Shown here: positions 41,033 through 52,879 of the stretch, one piece after another
Numbering within the stretch: position 1 is the first letter of the stretch
How the letters are laid out: every line of letters begins with the position of its first letter
NCBI GenBank assembly: GCA_963807805.1
Contig: CAWECX010000008.1
Span: 110,978-174,977, forward strand
Length of the DNA: 64,000 nucleotides
Direction of reading: 5' to 3'
Origin: an uncultured Actinomycetota bacterium
GTDB lineage: Bacteria > Actinomycetota > Actinomycetes > Actinomycetales > Micrococcaceae
Position numbers and translations under genes: made by a program
The notes under the pieces: model-generated
Database searches by the model: none
What the model saw: only the letters and a program-made list of their open reading frames with translations
What the model was told of the DNA's origin: nothing

Positions 41033-42203
41033 CTGAGACATCCAGCTCTGCGGCGGCGATGTCCCGGGACTGTGCGTCGTTGAGGGCACGGGATTCGAGC
41101 CAGTCCTTGGGCAGCGCCGGCTTCTTGGGCGACCCGGCGCGGCCGCGGGGGCCTTCGGCGTCCGCTCCCGGGTACGGTGAATCCTGGTCCAGCTCTGCCA
41201 GCGTCCCGCGCAGGACCTCCAGGCTTGTGACGAGGGCCAGGCGGGTGCGCAGCTCCCCTCCCACGACGTAGCCCTTGAAGTACCAGGCCATGTGCTTGCG
41301 GATCTCACGCAGGGCCTTGCCTTCGTCGCCGAAGGTGTCCACCATGAGCTCGGCATGGCGGTAGACCCCTTCCGCGACCTGCCGCAGGTTCGGCTTGTGC
41401 CGGGTGTCGCTGCCTTCGAAGGCGGCCATCAGGTCACCGAAGAGCCACGGCCGGCCCTGGCAGCCGCGGCCCACCACCACGCCGTCCACGCCGGTCTCCC
41501 GGACCATGCGTACGGCGTCCTCGGCAGACCAGATGTCTCCGTTGCCCAGGACCGGAATGTCCGGCAGCGCCTCGCGCAGGCGCGCAATGGCTGACCAGTC
41601 AGCCTGGCCGGAGTAGAACTGGGCCGCGGTGCGGCCGTGGAGTGCGACGGCGGCGACCCCGGAATCGCGGGCGATCCGGCCGGCGTCGAGGTACGTCAGG
41701 TGGTCCTCGTCGATGCCTTTGCGCATCTTGATGGTCAGCGGGACGTTGCCCTTGGACGCCTCTTTGACGGCGGTCTGGACGATGGAGGTGAAGAGGTCGA
41801 TTTTCCAGGGCAGGGCGGATCCGCCGCCGCGGCGGGTGACTTTGGGCACGGGGCAGCCGAAGTTCAGGTCGATGTGGTCGGCCCGGTCCTCTTCCACGAG
41901 CATGCGCACGGCCTGGCCCACGGTGACCGGGTCCACCCCGTAGAGCTGGACGGAGCGGACTTTTTCGTCGTCGTCGTGGGAGATGATGCGCAGCGACTCG
42001 GGGGTGCGCTCCACGAGGGCGCGGGAGGTGACCATCTCGGCCACGTAGAGGCCGCCGCCGTACTCACGGCACAGACGGCGGAAAGCTGAATTGGTGATGC
42101 CGGCCATCGGAGCCAGGATCACGGGGGTGTCCACCGTGATGGGGCCCAGCTTCAGGGGCGGCAGTTCCAGCTTGGGGGCAGGAGGCGTTGCTGTAACAGT
42201 CAC
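41025..42203 (-). CDS. dusB: tRNA-dihydrouridine synthase B
   Basis: [40 protein letters not shown]. Confidence 0.95.
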   Translation of the reverse strand: MTVTATPPAPKLELPPLKLGPITVDTPVILAPMAGITNSAFRRLCREYGGGLYVAEMVTSRALVERTPESLRIISHDDDEKVRSVQLYGVDPVTVGQAVRMLVEEDRADHIDLNFGCPVPKVTRRGGGSALPWKIDLFTSIVQTAVKEASKGNVPLTIKMRKGIDEDHLTYLDAGRIARDSGVAAVALHGRTAAQFYSGQADWSAIARLREALPDIPVLGNGDIWSAEDAVRMVRETGVDGVVVGRGCQGRPWLFGDLMAAFEGSDTRHKPNLRQVAEGVYRHAELMVDTFGDEGKALREIRKHMAWYFKGYVVGGELRTRLALVTSLEVLRGTLAELDQDSPYPGADAEGPRGRAGSPKKPALPKDWLESRALNDAQSRDIAAAELDVSGG

Positions 42204-42297
42204 CTGTCCATTGTCGCAAAGGCGGGCAAATCGGGGGCCCGGTCCGCGGGCGGGACAACCCGCAACCCCGATGGTGCGGCGGTGGTGAAGCTCCGGA

Positions 42298-43753
42298 TCA
42301 GCCGCGGTCCGCCCTGCGCCCGCGCCGCGTCCCGGCTGTCACCGCCGCTGCCGCGAGCGCGCCGGTGTCGACGACGTCGTCGGCAGTGACCCGCTGTCCC
42401 GCAGCCAGGCGGGGGTCACCGTCCGCACCGGAGGGCACCGTGCCCGCCCCGGCGTCCGGGCCGGCGGCCGGTCCAGCGGCCGGGGAGGCGGTCCGGATGC
42501 CGGTTGCCTTGACCACCAGCACGGCAATCAGGGTGGTCACCGGAATGGCGAGGACCAGCCCGATGGAACCGACGAGCGTCCGGATGACTTCCTCGGAAAG
42601 CTCCGCACTGGTGAGGGTGTCCCCCAGCGGCCGGTCGTAGAGCATCACGATGATCAGGATGGGCAGGGCCGCCCCGGCGTAGGCGAAGGCGATGGTGTAG
42701 ACCGTGGAGGCGATATGGTCGCGGCCGATCCGCATGGCGGACGTGAACAGTTTCCGGGCGCTGGTTCCCGGCGCCAGCTCGTAGAGCTCCCAGACGGCAG
42801 AGGACTGGGTGATGGTCACGTCGTTGAGCACACCCAGCCCGGAGATGATGAGCCCGCACAGGATGACCCCGGAAATGGAGATGTTGGCTGAGGTGTTCAC
42901 CAGCGTGGCGGCGTCGTGGTTGCCCACTCCGGCGAGGTTGGCGGCGTCCGTGGCCCATGCTGCCAGGAGCGCGGTGATGGCGAGGCCGAACATCGTGCCC
43001 AGCAACGCCGTGGAGGTCCGGGCCGAGAACCCGTGGGCGAAATAGAGGACCCCGATCATGATCACCGTGGAGCCCACCAGCGCCAGCAGCAGCGGCGGCT
43101 TGCCTTCCACCAGTCCCGGGCAGCATGAAGCTGGCCAGGACGAAGTAGGCGCCCACCAGGCCTATCAGGGCGCGGAGTCCCCGCCAGCGGGCGACAGCGA
43201 TCACCACTGCGGCGTAGAGCAGGGCCAGGAGGACGATGGGCAGCGTCCGGACGAAGTCCACGAAGATGTAGGCCGGTGAACCCTGCGACGCCGAAGCGCC
43301 CTGGGCATTGGAGAGGTTCAGGTACCGGATCTGGTCCCCCGGCTTCACTCCGTGGGACTGAGCCACATCCGGGTTGATGACCACTTTGACGGGGTTGCCG
43401 CCCTGATCCGGCTCGGTGAAAGCAAAGGTACAGTCCGAGCCCTGGCTGCCGGATGGCTGGCCCGCCGCGTCCGGTGTGGTCTGTGTGGCGGCACCCTGCA
43501 TGCAGCCCTCCACCACCACGCTCTGGATCTTGCCGGTGTCGAAGGTCACTCCGGGGGCCGCCGAATACGGGTTGGCCAGCGAGATGCCTTCCTTGCTCCC
43601 GGACGGCCACAGCATGGCCATCGCGGCCAGGGTCAGCAAGGTGAGCGGCACCAGGACGGCCGCGAGGATGTAGTTCGCTTTCCGGCGGGCAGCAATCGCC
43701 TGGGCCGTCGGCTCCGAATGACCTGTGCCAGCGTGGGAGTGACCGGACCCCAT
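42298..43753 (-). CDS. YibE/F-family membrane protein; frameshift near 43120
   Basis: MGSGHSH N-terminus, DFVRT, LGVLNDVTITQSSAV, GRDHIASTVYTIAFAYAG. Confidence 0.88.
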
Positions 43754-43837
43754 CAGCAGTTGAACCTCATACCTTGAACTCTACGTCCGGCGCCATAGGG
43801 TTGATAAATGCAGTACCAGGAACTGGGAGGAACCGGC

Positions 43838-44593
43838 GTGACCAACCGCAGAACCGAGCACAGTGGCAAGTTTTCTTCCCATGGGGTTGCCGGCGGGGCG
43901 GCCCACAAGGCAGTCCTGACGGTGCTCCAGGCGGCAGGACCAACGCAGGGGGTGGCCCTCGTCCTGCACGGGGGACGGTCCCACAGCTACGAACCTGTTG
44001 AGGCCCGCCACCTGAGCCCCGCCCGCATGGTTCCGTTCGCCAAGCACCTGCACCGCGCGGGCAGGGACCACGGCCTGGCAGTCTGGTCCCTGCGCAACAG
44101 TGTGCGGGGCTGGAACGGGCAGGACATGACGCCGCTCCAGGACGCCCGCTGGGCATTGAAAGAGATCAGCCGGCAGCACCCCGGGGTCCCGGTATTCCTC
44201 CTGGGCCACTCCATGGGCGGGCTCACGGCCGTGTGCGCGGCCGACGACCCCCAGGTAGCTGCCGTGGTGGCCCTTGCCCCGTGGCTCAGCGCCGATACCC
44301 CTGCCTCCCGGGTGGCCGGGCGGAAGGTGCTGATTGTCCACGGCACCGGGGACCGCTGGACCAGCCCTTCGGCGTCCTTGAAATTTGCCCGCCGTGCCAC
44401 CGACTACGCCGCATCCATGCAGTACGTGACACTCAAGGGCGCCGGCCACTTTATGTTCCGGCGGGTCCGCCTGTGGCATTCACTGGCCACGGGCTTCATC
44501 CTGAAAGCCTTCAACGAAAGTACAGGTTCCGGCACCACGTCCCGGGCCCTGGATCAGCTTTTGCCCGAGTCGGCCGTCCAGGTCACGTTGTAG
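43838..44593 (+). CDS. Alpha/beta hydrolase
   Basis: LVLHGG, GHSMGG nucleophile elbow, HGTGD, GAGH; GGAGG SD before GTG. Confidence 0.88.
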   Translation: MTNRRTEHSGKFSSHGVAGGAAHKAVLTVLQAAGPTQGVALVLHGGRSHSYEPVEARHLSPARMVPFAKHLHRAGRDHGLAVWSLRNSVRGWNGQDMTPLQDARWALKEISRQHPGVPVFLLGHSMGGLTAVCAADDPQVAAVVALAPWLSADTPASRVAGRKVLIVHGTGDRWTSPSASLKFARRATDYAASMQYVTLKGAGHFMFRRVRLWHSLATGFILKAFNESTGSGTTSRALDQLLPESAVQVTL

Positions 44594-44636
44594 TCCTGTC
44601 CCAAGTCCGCCTGAACGACGCTGACGGAGCCAGCCC

Positions 44637-45459
44637 ATGCCGTGGAATCCCCCTCCCAACGACCGGTTCTACCGGCTGATCGTCCGGACCGGGCTCATCC
44701 TCAGGGGTGCCTTCCGGATCAGGATCATCACCAGCGGGGCTGCCAACCTGCCGGCGCCGGGCAGCCGCCACGGGGCCTCACGGGCAGTATCGCCCGGCAG
44801 CGGCGCGGTCATCGCCATCACGCACTTCGGCTACCTGGACTTCGCGTTCGCGGAACTGATCTTCTGGAAGCACTCCCGTGCACAGCTGCGATACATGGTC
44901 CACCAGGGAGCAGCGGACCACTGGCTCGCTGGACCGGCCATCAGCGCCAGCGGCCACGTGGTGGTGGGTTATTCCTCCGGTGCGGACGCCTACGACGCGG
45001 CCGTGGCCAAACTCCGTGCAGGCGAGTATCTGGCGGTGATGCCTGAGTCCGGCGTCAGCCGAAGCTTCAGGGTCCGCGAATGCAAGACCGGCGCCGTCCG
45101 GATGGCCGCGGCGGCAGGCGTCCCGGTCATCCCGGTGTCGGTCTGGGGCGCCCACCGGCTGATGACCCGCGGCCATGGTTTCTCGCCGCGGGTGGGCTGG
45201 CGCGCGCCGGTGAGGGTCCACGTGGGCGAGGCAATGCGTTTTCCCGCCGCAGTGGATGTCGAGGAAGCTACCGCCGGGCTGCGGCGACCGCCTGCAGGCC
45301 GGGATCGACACGTGCATAGCCGATTTTCCGCTCCCGTCACCGCCGGGAACCTGGTGGCTTCCGGCAGACCTCGGCGGCAGCGCACCGTCCGAACCCGAGC
45401 GGCAGCAACTGGACGCCGACGACGCCGCGCGCGGCCGCCGTCGGGGTCCCCGCCCTTAG
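44637..45459 (+). CDS. Lysophospholipid acyltransferase (PlsC-like); frameshift near 45285
   Basis: HFGYLD (HX4D), MPESGVS, KTGAVRMA; C-terminus WWLPADLGGSAP in ORF 45256..45459. Confidence 0.85.
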
Positions 45460-46487
45460 TCCGAAACGATCAGGGTCTCCGGACCCGCCTGCCGGGCCTT
45501 GCCGGCTTCCAGCAGGGGCTCGACGGCGGACCGCAGCGCCGTCATGGAGTCGTCCAGTTCCAGCATGACCGGGTGCTGGTAGGCGATGAGCGAGAGCAGG
45601 TCGCGGACTGCTTCGGCTGCATCCGCGGCGTCGAGCTCGGGATCGTGGCCCAGGAAGACATCCGTGGCGGCCGACCCCGGTCCGGAGCCTTCCTGGCCCA
45701 GCGGATCCTGGGCCGCTTCGGCGTAGCTGACGGCGAACGCACGTATCCTGCCCTTTTTGCTGGGTGCAACCCCGGCGCCGAAGGCGGATCCGGGCTCGGC
45801 CCGCAGCACAATTGCACCGTGGGCGCCGGTGAGGTCGTCAAGGAAGAGCTTCTGCACCTGCCCCATGGACAGCTGACCGGGTGAGTCCCAGCCATGAATG
45901 GATGTGTAATACTTCCCTACCACTGCGGTCAGTTCGACGGAGCCGGTGGCCAGGTCCATCACGACGTCGGACCCGGCGTTTTCATCGTTCGACGGCGGGC
46001 CGGCGCCGTCCTTGGCGGGGAACACGGGCAGCTTCAGGGCGCCCGGTTCCACCACCACCAGGCGGGAGCGCTGGATGGGGGTGAGCCCGAACGCCTCGGC
46101 AAACGCGGCACCCGTGCTGCCGGGCTCCACCTTGGCACGGAGCCTGGTGACACCCGACGGCGCCTGCGCGGCTTCCCGGCGCAGCATGGTCAGGAGGGTG
46201 GCTCCGATGCCCGTCCGGCGGTGGTCGCGCGCCACTTCGACGTAGGCCCACAGCCGCTCAGGATGCAGCGATGCCTCGTAGACCACGCCCGCGGCTACCG
46301 GGATGCCGACGCCGTCGATGACGTCCTCTGCCACGATGGTGCGCCGCCACGGGGTTCCGTCCGTGCCGGCGGACGATTCGGCCAGGGCACCCCGGAACTG
46401 CCCGGCCTGGAACGTCTCGGGACCGCCCCAGATCTCCAGGAGGGCAAGGTCATCGCCCTCACGCCATTCGCGGTATTCGATGGCCAT
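45456..46487 (-). CDS. GNAT-family N-acetyltransferase
   Basis: VEVARDHRRTGIGATLL acetyl-CoA-binding motif A. Confidence 0.82.
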   Translation of the reverse strand: MAIEYREWREGDDLALLEIWGGPETFQAGQFRGALAESSAGTDGTPWRRTIVAEDVIDGVGIPVAAGVVYEASLHPERLWAYVEVARDHRRTGIGATLLTMLRREAAQAPSGVTRLRAKVEPGSTGAAFAEAFGLTPIQRSRLVVVEPGALKLPVFPAKDGAGPPSNDENAGSDVVMDLATGSVELTAVVGKYYTSIHGWDSPGQLSMGQVQKLFLDDLTGAHGAIVLRAEPGSAFGAGVAPSKKGRIRAFAVSYAEAAQDPLGQEGSGPGSAATDVFLGHDPELDAADAAEAVRDLLSLIAYQHPVMLELDDSMTALRSAVEPLLEAGKARQAGPETLIVSD

Positions 46488-46489
46488 GC

Positions 46490-47875
<1,386 letters not shown>

Positions 47876-48023
47876 GGTGGAACTCCAATTTCTACAGGGC
47901 CGCTGGGTGCGGTCCGCGGGTTATCTGGCCCTGCGCAGGCGTTGTCGGTCCGGGACGTCCAATGGCTGCGCGGGCGGGCGAAGGAAACATTGCAGAAAGC
48001 TGCGTGCACTAGCCTACCGGCCA

Positions 48024-49010
48024 CTACCTGCGGAAAGCTCCCCGGGGCCAGGGCAGTGTGGCCAGGACAATGGCAGCCAGGGTGAGCAGGGTGCCCAGGA
48101 CGGTGGCTGCGGCCACCACTGTCCCCGGCGCCGGCACCAGCAGGTCGAGGCCGAGCGAGCCCAGCAACTGTCCGGCAATCATGCCCAGGCCGGTCACCAG
48201 GACCCCGAGGCTGCGGACCAGGAGCGCTCCGAGGCCGATGAAGACACAGCCCATGGGGCCGCCCAGGTAGTACCACCAATCCGCAGGCAGCGGGTTGCCG
48301 GTGCCTGCCACAGCCACCTTGATGCCCCACGCCGTCCACAGCACCACGGTACCGGCGACGAAATTGACCAGTGTCGCCGCGATGGGGGTGCCGTAATGGA
48401 CGGTGGCCGTGCCGTTCATGGCCTGCTGGAAGCTCATGAGGAATCCGGCCAGGACCGGAAGGAGGAGCGGCAGCACCAATGCTTCCGGCCCGGCGCCTCC
48501 CCCGCTTCCATCCGCCGGCGCCACAAAACGCGGCGACACCGCCCAGGCCACCGCAGCGATGGTGAGGACGCAGCCGATCACCCGGATTCCTGTGACCGGC
48601 TTCTTGCCGGCCGGTCCGATGCCCAGCCGGTCCACCAGCAGCCCGCTCATCGTCTGGCCGGTAACGGTGGCAACGGTGAACAGGGCCACACCCAGGATGC
48701 CCACCGTGAAGGACTGCGCAAACACAAACAGCGCCCCGATGCCGCCGGCGAGGACATACACGGGCGGGAAGGCCCGGCTGCGCACGGCGGGCAGGACCCT
48801 GGCCAGGCCGGCCCGCCCTTTCGGGAGCACCAGGGAGATCAGCACCATCAGGACCAGGCCGGTGCTGAAGCTGACCACGGCGGCGGCAATGCCGTCATTG
48901 AGCCGGGCACCCAATGCCCCGTTGATCCTGCCCTGCACCGGGATGGCCAGCCCGGCACCCACCGCCAGGGGGAGTCCTGCGAGCAGCGGCAGGCGGGGTG
49001 GGTGGGTCAT
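48024..49010 (-). CDS. DMT transporter (YdcZ/DUF606, two repeats)
   Basis: PVQGRINGAL / FQQAMNG duplicated motif, WWYYLGG. Confidence 0.87.
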   Translation of the reverse strand: MTHPPRLPLLAGLPLAVGAGLAIPVQGRINGALGARLNDGIAAAVVSFSTGLVLMVLISLVLPKGRAGLARVLPAVRSRAFPPVYVLAGGIGALFVFAQSFTVGILGVALFTVATVTGQTMSGLLVDRLGIGPAGKKPVTGIRVIGCVLTIAAVAWAVSPRFVAPADGSGGGAGPEALVLPLLLPVLAGFLMSFQQAMNGTATVHYGTPIAATLVNFVAGTVVLWTAWGIKVAVAGTGNPLPADWWYYLGGPMGCVFIGLGALLVRSLGVLVTGLGMIAGQLLGSLGLDLLVPAPGTVVAAATVLGTLLTLAAIVLATLPWPRGAFRR

Positions 49011-49044
49011 TGAATCTTTCCTTACGTCAGGCATTATGGCTTGT

Positions 49045-49278
49045 ATGAGTAACCAGGACATCGAAGAGATCCCCATCCGTGACACCATGATCCGCCTTGG
49101 CCAGCTGCTGAAGCTCGCCAGCCTGGTGGAGGACGGTGTGGAGGCCGCGGAACTGATCAAGAACGGCCTCGTCAAGGTCAATGGGGAGATCGATGACCGC
49201 CGCGGCCGCCAGCTCCACGACGGCGACACCGTCACCGTCAACGGCCAGACCGTCAAGGTGGTGGCCCCGGCGGCCTGA
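49045..49278 (+). CDS. S4-domain RNA-binding protein (YaaA/YbcJ-like)
   Basis: IRLGQLLKLASLVEDGVEAAELIKNGLVKVNGEIDDRRGRQLHDGD. Confidence 0.92.
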   Translation: MSNQDIEEIPIRDTMIRLGQLLKLASLVEDGVEAAELIKNGLVKVNGEIDDRRGRQLHDGDTVTVNGQTVKVVAPAA

Positions 49279-49331
49279 GCCGCCTCCTGGCCGGAGCTGG
49301 AACCGGGTTGCAGCGGCAGCCGCCGTCGTCC

Positions 49332-49991
49332 TTACTTGTTCAGCACCTCGTGCGTCAGGAACTCGGACACGTGGCCGACTTCCTGCTGGTTGATGCCGTG
49401 CCACATGCCGGCATAGAGCACTTTGGTGAGCTTGACGTGCTTGCGGACCCAGCCCATGGTGTACTCGATCTTGTCCGGTGTGATGACCGGATCCTGCTGG
49501 TCGCGGCCCCAGAACATCGGCACGGTGCCGTCCAGTTCATCGTCGTGGAAGGCGGGGTCGCCACCGGCGTCCACCACAAAACCTGACAGTCCGACGACGG
49601 CGGCGAAGTCCGCGGGCCGCTCGCGGAGCAGCGTGGTGGCCATGGCCATACCCATGGAGAAACCCAGGAGCGTCACGGACGGATGGTTGGCCTTGACGGT
49701 GTCAATCCAGTCCAGCACATAGCCGGAGGCCTTCTTCACCGCGTCAAGGGAGTAGTCGATGGAGGCCGTCAGCGGGAACCAGGTATAGCCGGGGCTCATG
49801 GCCATCGGGGCGCGTACCGAGGCCACCACGAACTCCGCGGGCAGCATGTCCGCCAGGCTCGCGAGGTCCTGCTCGTCGGCTCCATAGCCGTGCAGGAGCA
49901 CCAGCAGCGGTTTACCGGCGCGGCTCTCCTCCGGCCGGGACCACAGAACGACAGGGGCAGGAAATACTTCGGCGTCAGTCATGGTTTCCAT
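49332..49991 (-). CDS. Phospholipase/carboxylesterase
   Basis: LLHGYGADE, GFSMG, DPVI, HGIN. Confidence 0.88.
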   Translation of the reverse strand: METMTDAEVFPAPVVLWSRPEESRAGKPLLVLLHGYGADEQDLASLADMLPAEFVVASVRAPMAMSPGYTWFPLTASIDYSLDAVKKASGYVLDWIDTVKANHPSVTLLGFSMGMAMATTLLRERPADFAAVVGLSGFVVDAGGDPAFHDDELDGTVPMFWGRDQQDPVITPDKIEYTMGWVRKHVKLTKVLYAGMWHGINQQEVGHVSEFLTHEVLNK

Positions 49992-49998
49992 TCTTACA

Positions 49999-50014
49999 GT
50001 TACCCGGCGGTAAC
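49999..50014. promoter_or_regulatory. Palindrome GTTACC-CGGC-GGTAAC, candidate operator
   Basis: Lies in the short divergent spacer between two lipolytic genes. Confidence 0.5.
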
Positions 50015-50059
50015 AACCTACGTTGGCGTAGCTTGAGACCGAAGAGGCAGGATAGGACC

Positions 50060-50929
50060 GTGAGTGAAGCCAGAGCCATGCAGAACACCCAGTCCGCCGT
50101 GGAACCTCACCCATGGGGCCGCTATGTGGCCATGGGTGATTCCTTCACCGAAGGCATCGGCGACCCCGAACCGTCGAGCCCGGGCGGCTTCCGGGGATGG
50201 GCCGACCGCGTAGCGGAGGAGCTGGGCCGGGGCCACAGCGATTTCGCCTACGCAAACCTCGCCGTCCGTGGCCGCCTCCTGCAGCAGATCGTGGACCAGC
50301 AGCTGGCCGCCTGCCTTGCGCTCAAGCCGGACCTGGTGACCCTTTCGGCCGGAGGCAATGACCTTATCCGGCCAGGCGGCGACCCCGATGTGCTAGCCGA
50401 AAGGCTGGACTCGGTGGTGCAGATCCTCGGGATGGGCGGCGCCACGGTGGTGCTGTTCAACGGCCCGGACACCGGCTCGTCGGTGCTCGGCCGGATCCGG
50501 AGCAAGGTGGCCATCTACAACGAAAACCTGCGGACCGTCGCTGCCCGGCACGATGCGATCATTGCCGATATGTGGTCGCTGCGCCAGCTCAGTGAACCGC
50601 AGATGTGGGATGAGGACCGCCTGCATTTCTCGCCCCTGGGGCACCACACCATCGCCGCCATGGTTTTGGACTCCCTGAATGTCGCCCACACGCTCGAACC
50701 GCTGCAGCCCAAACCCCTCCCCCCGCGCACCTGGCGGGAGGCACGCTCGGGAGACCTGGTCTGGGCGCGCGAACACTTCGTGCCGTGGGTTGTGCGGCGG
50801 CTGCGCCACCGGTCCTCCGGTGACGGGATCACCGCAAAACGTCCGACGCCGGGTCCCGTGTTCGGCCCCGGCGTCCCGTTGGGCTCCGGCGAGGGTCCGC
50901 TCGGCACCACAGAAGCCAGCCGGCACTAG
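50060..50929 (+). CDS. SGNH/GDSL hydrolase
   Basis: GDSFTEG, NLAVRG, GGND, DRLH blocks. Confidence 0.92.
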   Translation: MSEARAMQNTQSAVEPHPWGRYVAMGDSFTEGIGDPEPSSPGGFRGWADRVAEELGRGHSDFAYANLAVRGRLLQQIVDQQLAACLALKPDLVTLSAGGNDLIRPGGDPDVLAERLDSVVQILGMGGATVVLFNGPDTGSSVLGRIRSKVAIYNENLRTVAARHDAIIADMWSLRQLSEPQMWDEDRLHFSPLGHHTIAAMVLDSLNVAHTLEPLQPKPLPPRTWREARSGDLVWAREHFVPWVVRRLRHRSSGDGITAKRPTPGPVFGPGVPLGSGEGPLGTTEASRH

Positions 50930-50938
50930 CGGACCTTG

Positions 50939-52192
50939 ATGGAACCGGATGCGGTAGTACGGCTTCGGCTCCGTCACCAGCTGCTCCGGGGCCCGGCCGC
51001 CGCATCGCCTGAAACCGCCGTCCGGAACCTCCTCGCCGTGCAGGCACAGGAGTTCGCGTACGCCCGCTGGAGCCTGGCCCAGCGGTCCTCCGCGCAGCCG
51101 GCCCCGGCAGCGGGAACCCGGGATTCCGGACCGCGGGGGGCCACGGCTGCTGAGGTGGAGGAGGCTGTGGCCGACGGCCGGATCCTGCGCACCCACATCC
51201 TTCGGCCAACCTGGCACTTCGTTCACCGTGACGATCTCCGCTGGCTCCTGGCCCTGTCCGCACCCCGCCTCCACCGGGGCAACGCCGGCATGTACCGGCG
51301 CACCGGGATCGACCCCGCCACCGCCGCCCGCAGCCAGGAGGTGATGGCGGCGTCGGTGGCAGGCGGAAACCACCTGACACGGGAGCAGCTTGCCAACGTA
51401 CTGCAGGCGGCAGGGCTGGCGGGGGCAGGCCTTGGCCTCGCCTACCTGATCATGCACGCGGAAATCAACGGTGTGCTGGTCAGCGGCGCCCCGGTGCGGA
51501 GCCCCGGCGGCGCACTGAAGCAGACCTACGCCCTCTTCGACGAGCGGGTTCCCGCCGGACCGGACGGTTTGTCCGCCCGCCCGCAGGCCCTGGCGGAGCT
51601 GGCCCGGCGCTACTTCACCAGCCGAGGGCCCGCCTCCGTCAAGGACTGCGCCGATTGGTCCGGCCTGACGATGGCCGATGTTCGCCTCGGGCTGGAGCGT
51701 GCCCTGGAGTCGAGGCCTGATGCCCTTGGCACAGCACTGGCCGGTGGCGTCGCCGTCTACTTCCCGCCAGGCCCCGGGAGGGGCGCCGACCCTGAAGCAG
51801 GCCCCGGCGCCAAGACCGGTGCGGGGGCCGCGGGGAACCTGGCCGGCTCCCCCGCCGCCGGACCGCGCATCGACCTGGTGCAGTGCTACGACGAGTACAT
51901 CATGGGCTACTCCGCCACCAGGCACTATCTTGGCGGCGCAGCCCCTGCGCTTCCTGCTGAAGGCCTTCCCATGCACGTGGTATTGCTGGACGGGCTGATG
52001 GTCGGATCGTGGCGGCACAGGCTCCTGCCGGGCCGCTGCGAGCTGGACATCAGGTTCACAGCGTTCACCGACCCGCTTCCGGGCTCCCCGCTCGCGGCCG
52101 CAGTGGATGACGCGGTGGGCCGGTACGGAGCCTTCCTGGGCCTCCCGGCTGTCCGCGTGCCCTCCGGGGTTAAGCTTGAAGGACACACATGA
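50939..52192 (+). CDS. Winged-helix HTH_42 (AlkZ-like) DNA glycosylase
   Basis: AVQAQE catalytic-type motif, RTHILRPTWHFV, RYFTSRGPA...WSGL, YDEYIMGY. Confidence 0.85.
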   Translation: MEPDAVVRLRLRHQLLRGPAAASPETAVRNLLAVQAQEFAYARWSLAQRSSAQPAPAAGTRDSGPRGATAAEVEEAVADGRILRTHILRPTWHFVHRDDLRWLLALSAPRLHRGNAGMYRRTGIDPATAARSQEVMAASVAGGNHLTREQLANVLQAAGLAGAGLGLAYLIMHAEINGVLVSGAPVRSPGGALKQTYALFDERVPAGPDGLSARPQALAELARRYFTSRGPASVKDCADWSGLTMADVRLGLERALESRPDALGTALAGGVAVYFPPGPGRGADPEAGPGAKTGAGAAGNLAGSPAAGPRIDLVQCYDEYIMGYSATRHYLGGAAPALPAEGLPMHVVLLDGLMVGSWRHRLLPGRCELDIRFTAFTDPLPGSPLAAAVDDAVGRYGAFLGLPAVRVPSGVKLEGHT

Positions 52193-52205
52193 GAGGTGCT
52201 ACACC

Positions 52206-52700
52206 GTGAACAGCTTGTTCTTCTGGATCATCATCCTGTCGTTCCTGATTCCCATGGCGATGCGGATGTACCGGAAATCCGTTGCGCGCCGGAACCAGGA
52301 ACAGAGCTTCTCCGGGCGTTACCCGGAGCAGTTTCCCGGCAGCGGGCCGTACCCTGGACCGCAGAACAGCCAGCCGCGGGACGGCTACACCCAGCAGGAC
52401 TACATGAGCGGCGGTTTCCGCCAGATCGGCAGCCCGCAGCCCGTGCCGCCGGGCCAGCCCCTGCCGCCGATGCAGCCCATCCCTCCGGCAGGCCAGCAGT
52501 TCCCGCCCTATGGGCAGCCCCAGCAAGAGCGGGCCGCGGACGCACCCGCACAGCCTGCCGCCCCTGTAACTCCCCCGCCGCCGTCGGCCCCTCAGGGGTA
52601 CCGGGCCCGGAGGCTCGCTGAACTGGACCAGCAGTACAGCAACGGCGAACTTGCTGTGGATGAGTACCTGAAGCGCCGCACCGAGATCACCGAGGGCTAG
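52206..52700 (+). CDS. Membrane-anchored Pro/Gln-rich protein with C-terminal SHOCT-like motif
   Basis: N-terminal TM helix; RLAELDQQYSNGELAVDEYLKRRTEI; GAGG SD. Confidence 0.75.
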   Translation: MNSLFFWIIILSFLIPMAMRMYRKSVARRNQEQSFSGRYPEQFPGSGPYPGPQNSQPRDGYTQQDYMSGGFRQIGSPQPVPPGQPLPPMQPIPPAGQQFPPYGQPQQERAADAPAQPAAPVTPPPPSAPQGYRARRLAELDQQYSNGELAVDEYLKRRTEITEG

Positions 52701-52740
52701 CAGCCCGCCGACTGGACGCCCGGAGGCCCGCCAGCAGCAG

Positions 52741-52776
52741 AAAACCCGTTCCGGCATAAGCCGGAACGGGTTTTTT
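52741..52776. terminator. Bidirectional intrinsic terminator
   Basis: AAAACCCGTTCCGGC-ATAA-GCCGGAACGGGTTTTTT. Confidence 0.9.
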
Positions 52777-52879
52777 CCTAGCGACCACTGCCTGCGAACC
52801 ACGGATGCCACGTGGCGGTAAAACGCCAGGCTGCCTGGGCGGGCGCGGAAAGGCGTACGTGGGGCAGCCGCCCGCAACC

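Noticed and set aside
44637-45884. 415-aa ORF overlapping the GNAT gene
   Set aside because: Read-through caused by the frameshift near 45285; the plausible end is TAG at 45459
47876-48010. T-box riboswitch upstream of glyQS
   Set aside because: No T-box consensus (GGTGG-ACC) or specifier stem found on the minus strand
50393-52186. Long antisense and alternative-frame ORFs (for example 597 aa here, 1306..2841, 38238..39827, 21729..23141)
   Set aside because: Shadow ORFs of high-GC coding sequence, Arg/Gly/Pro-rich and without recognisable motifs
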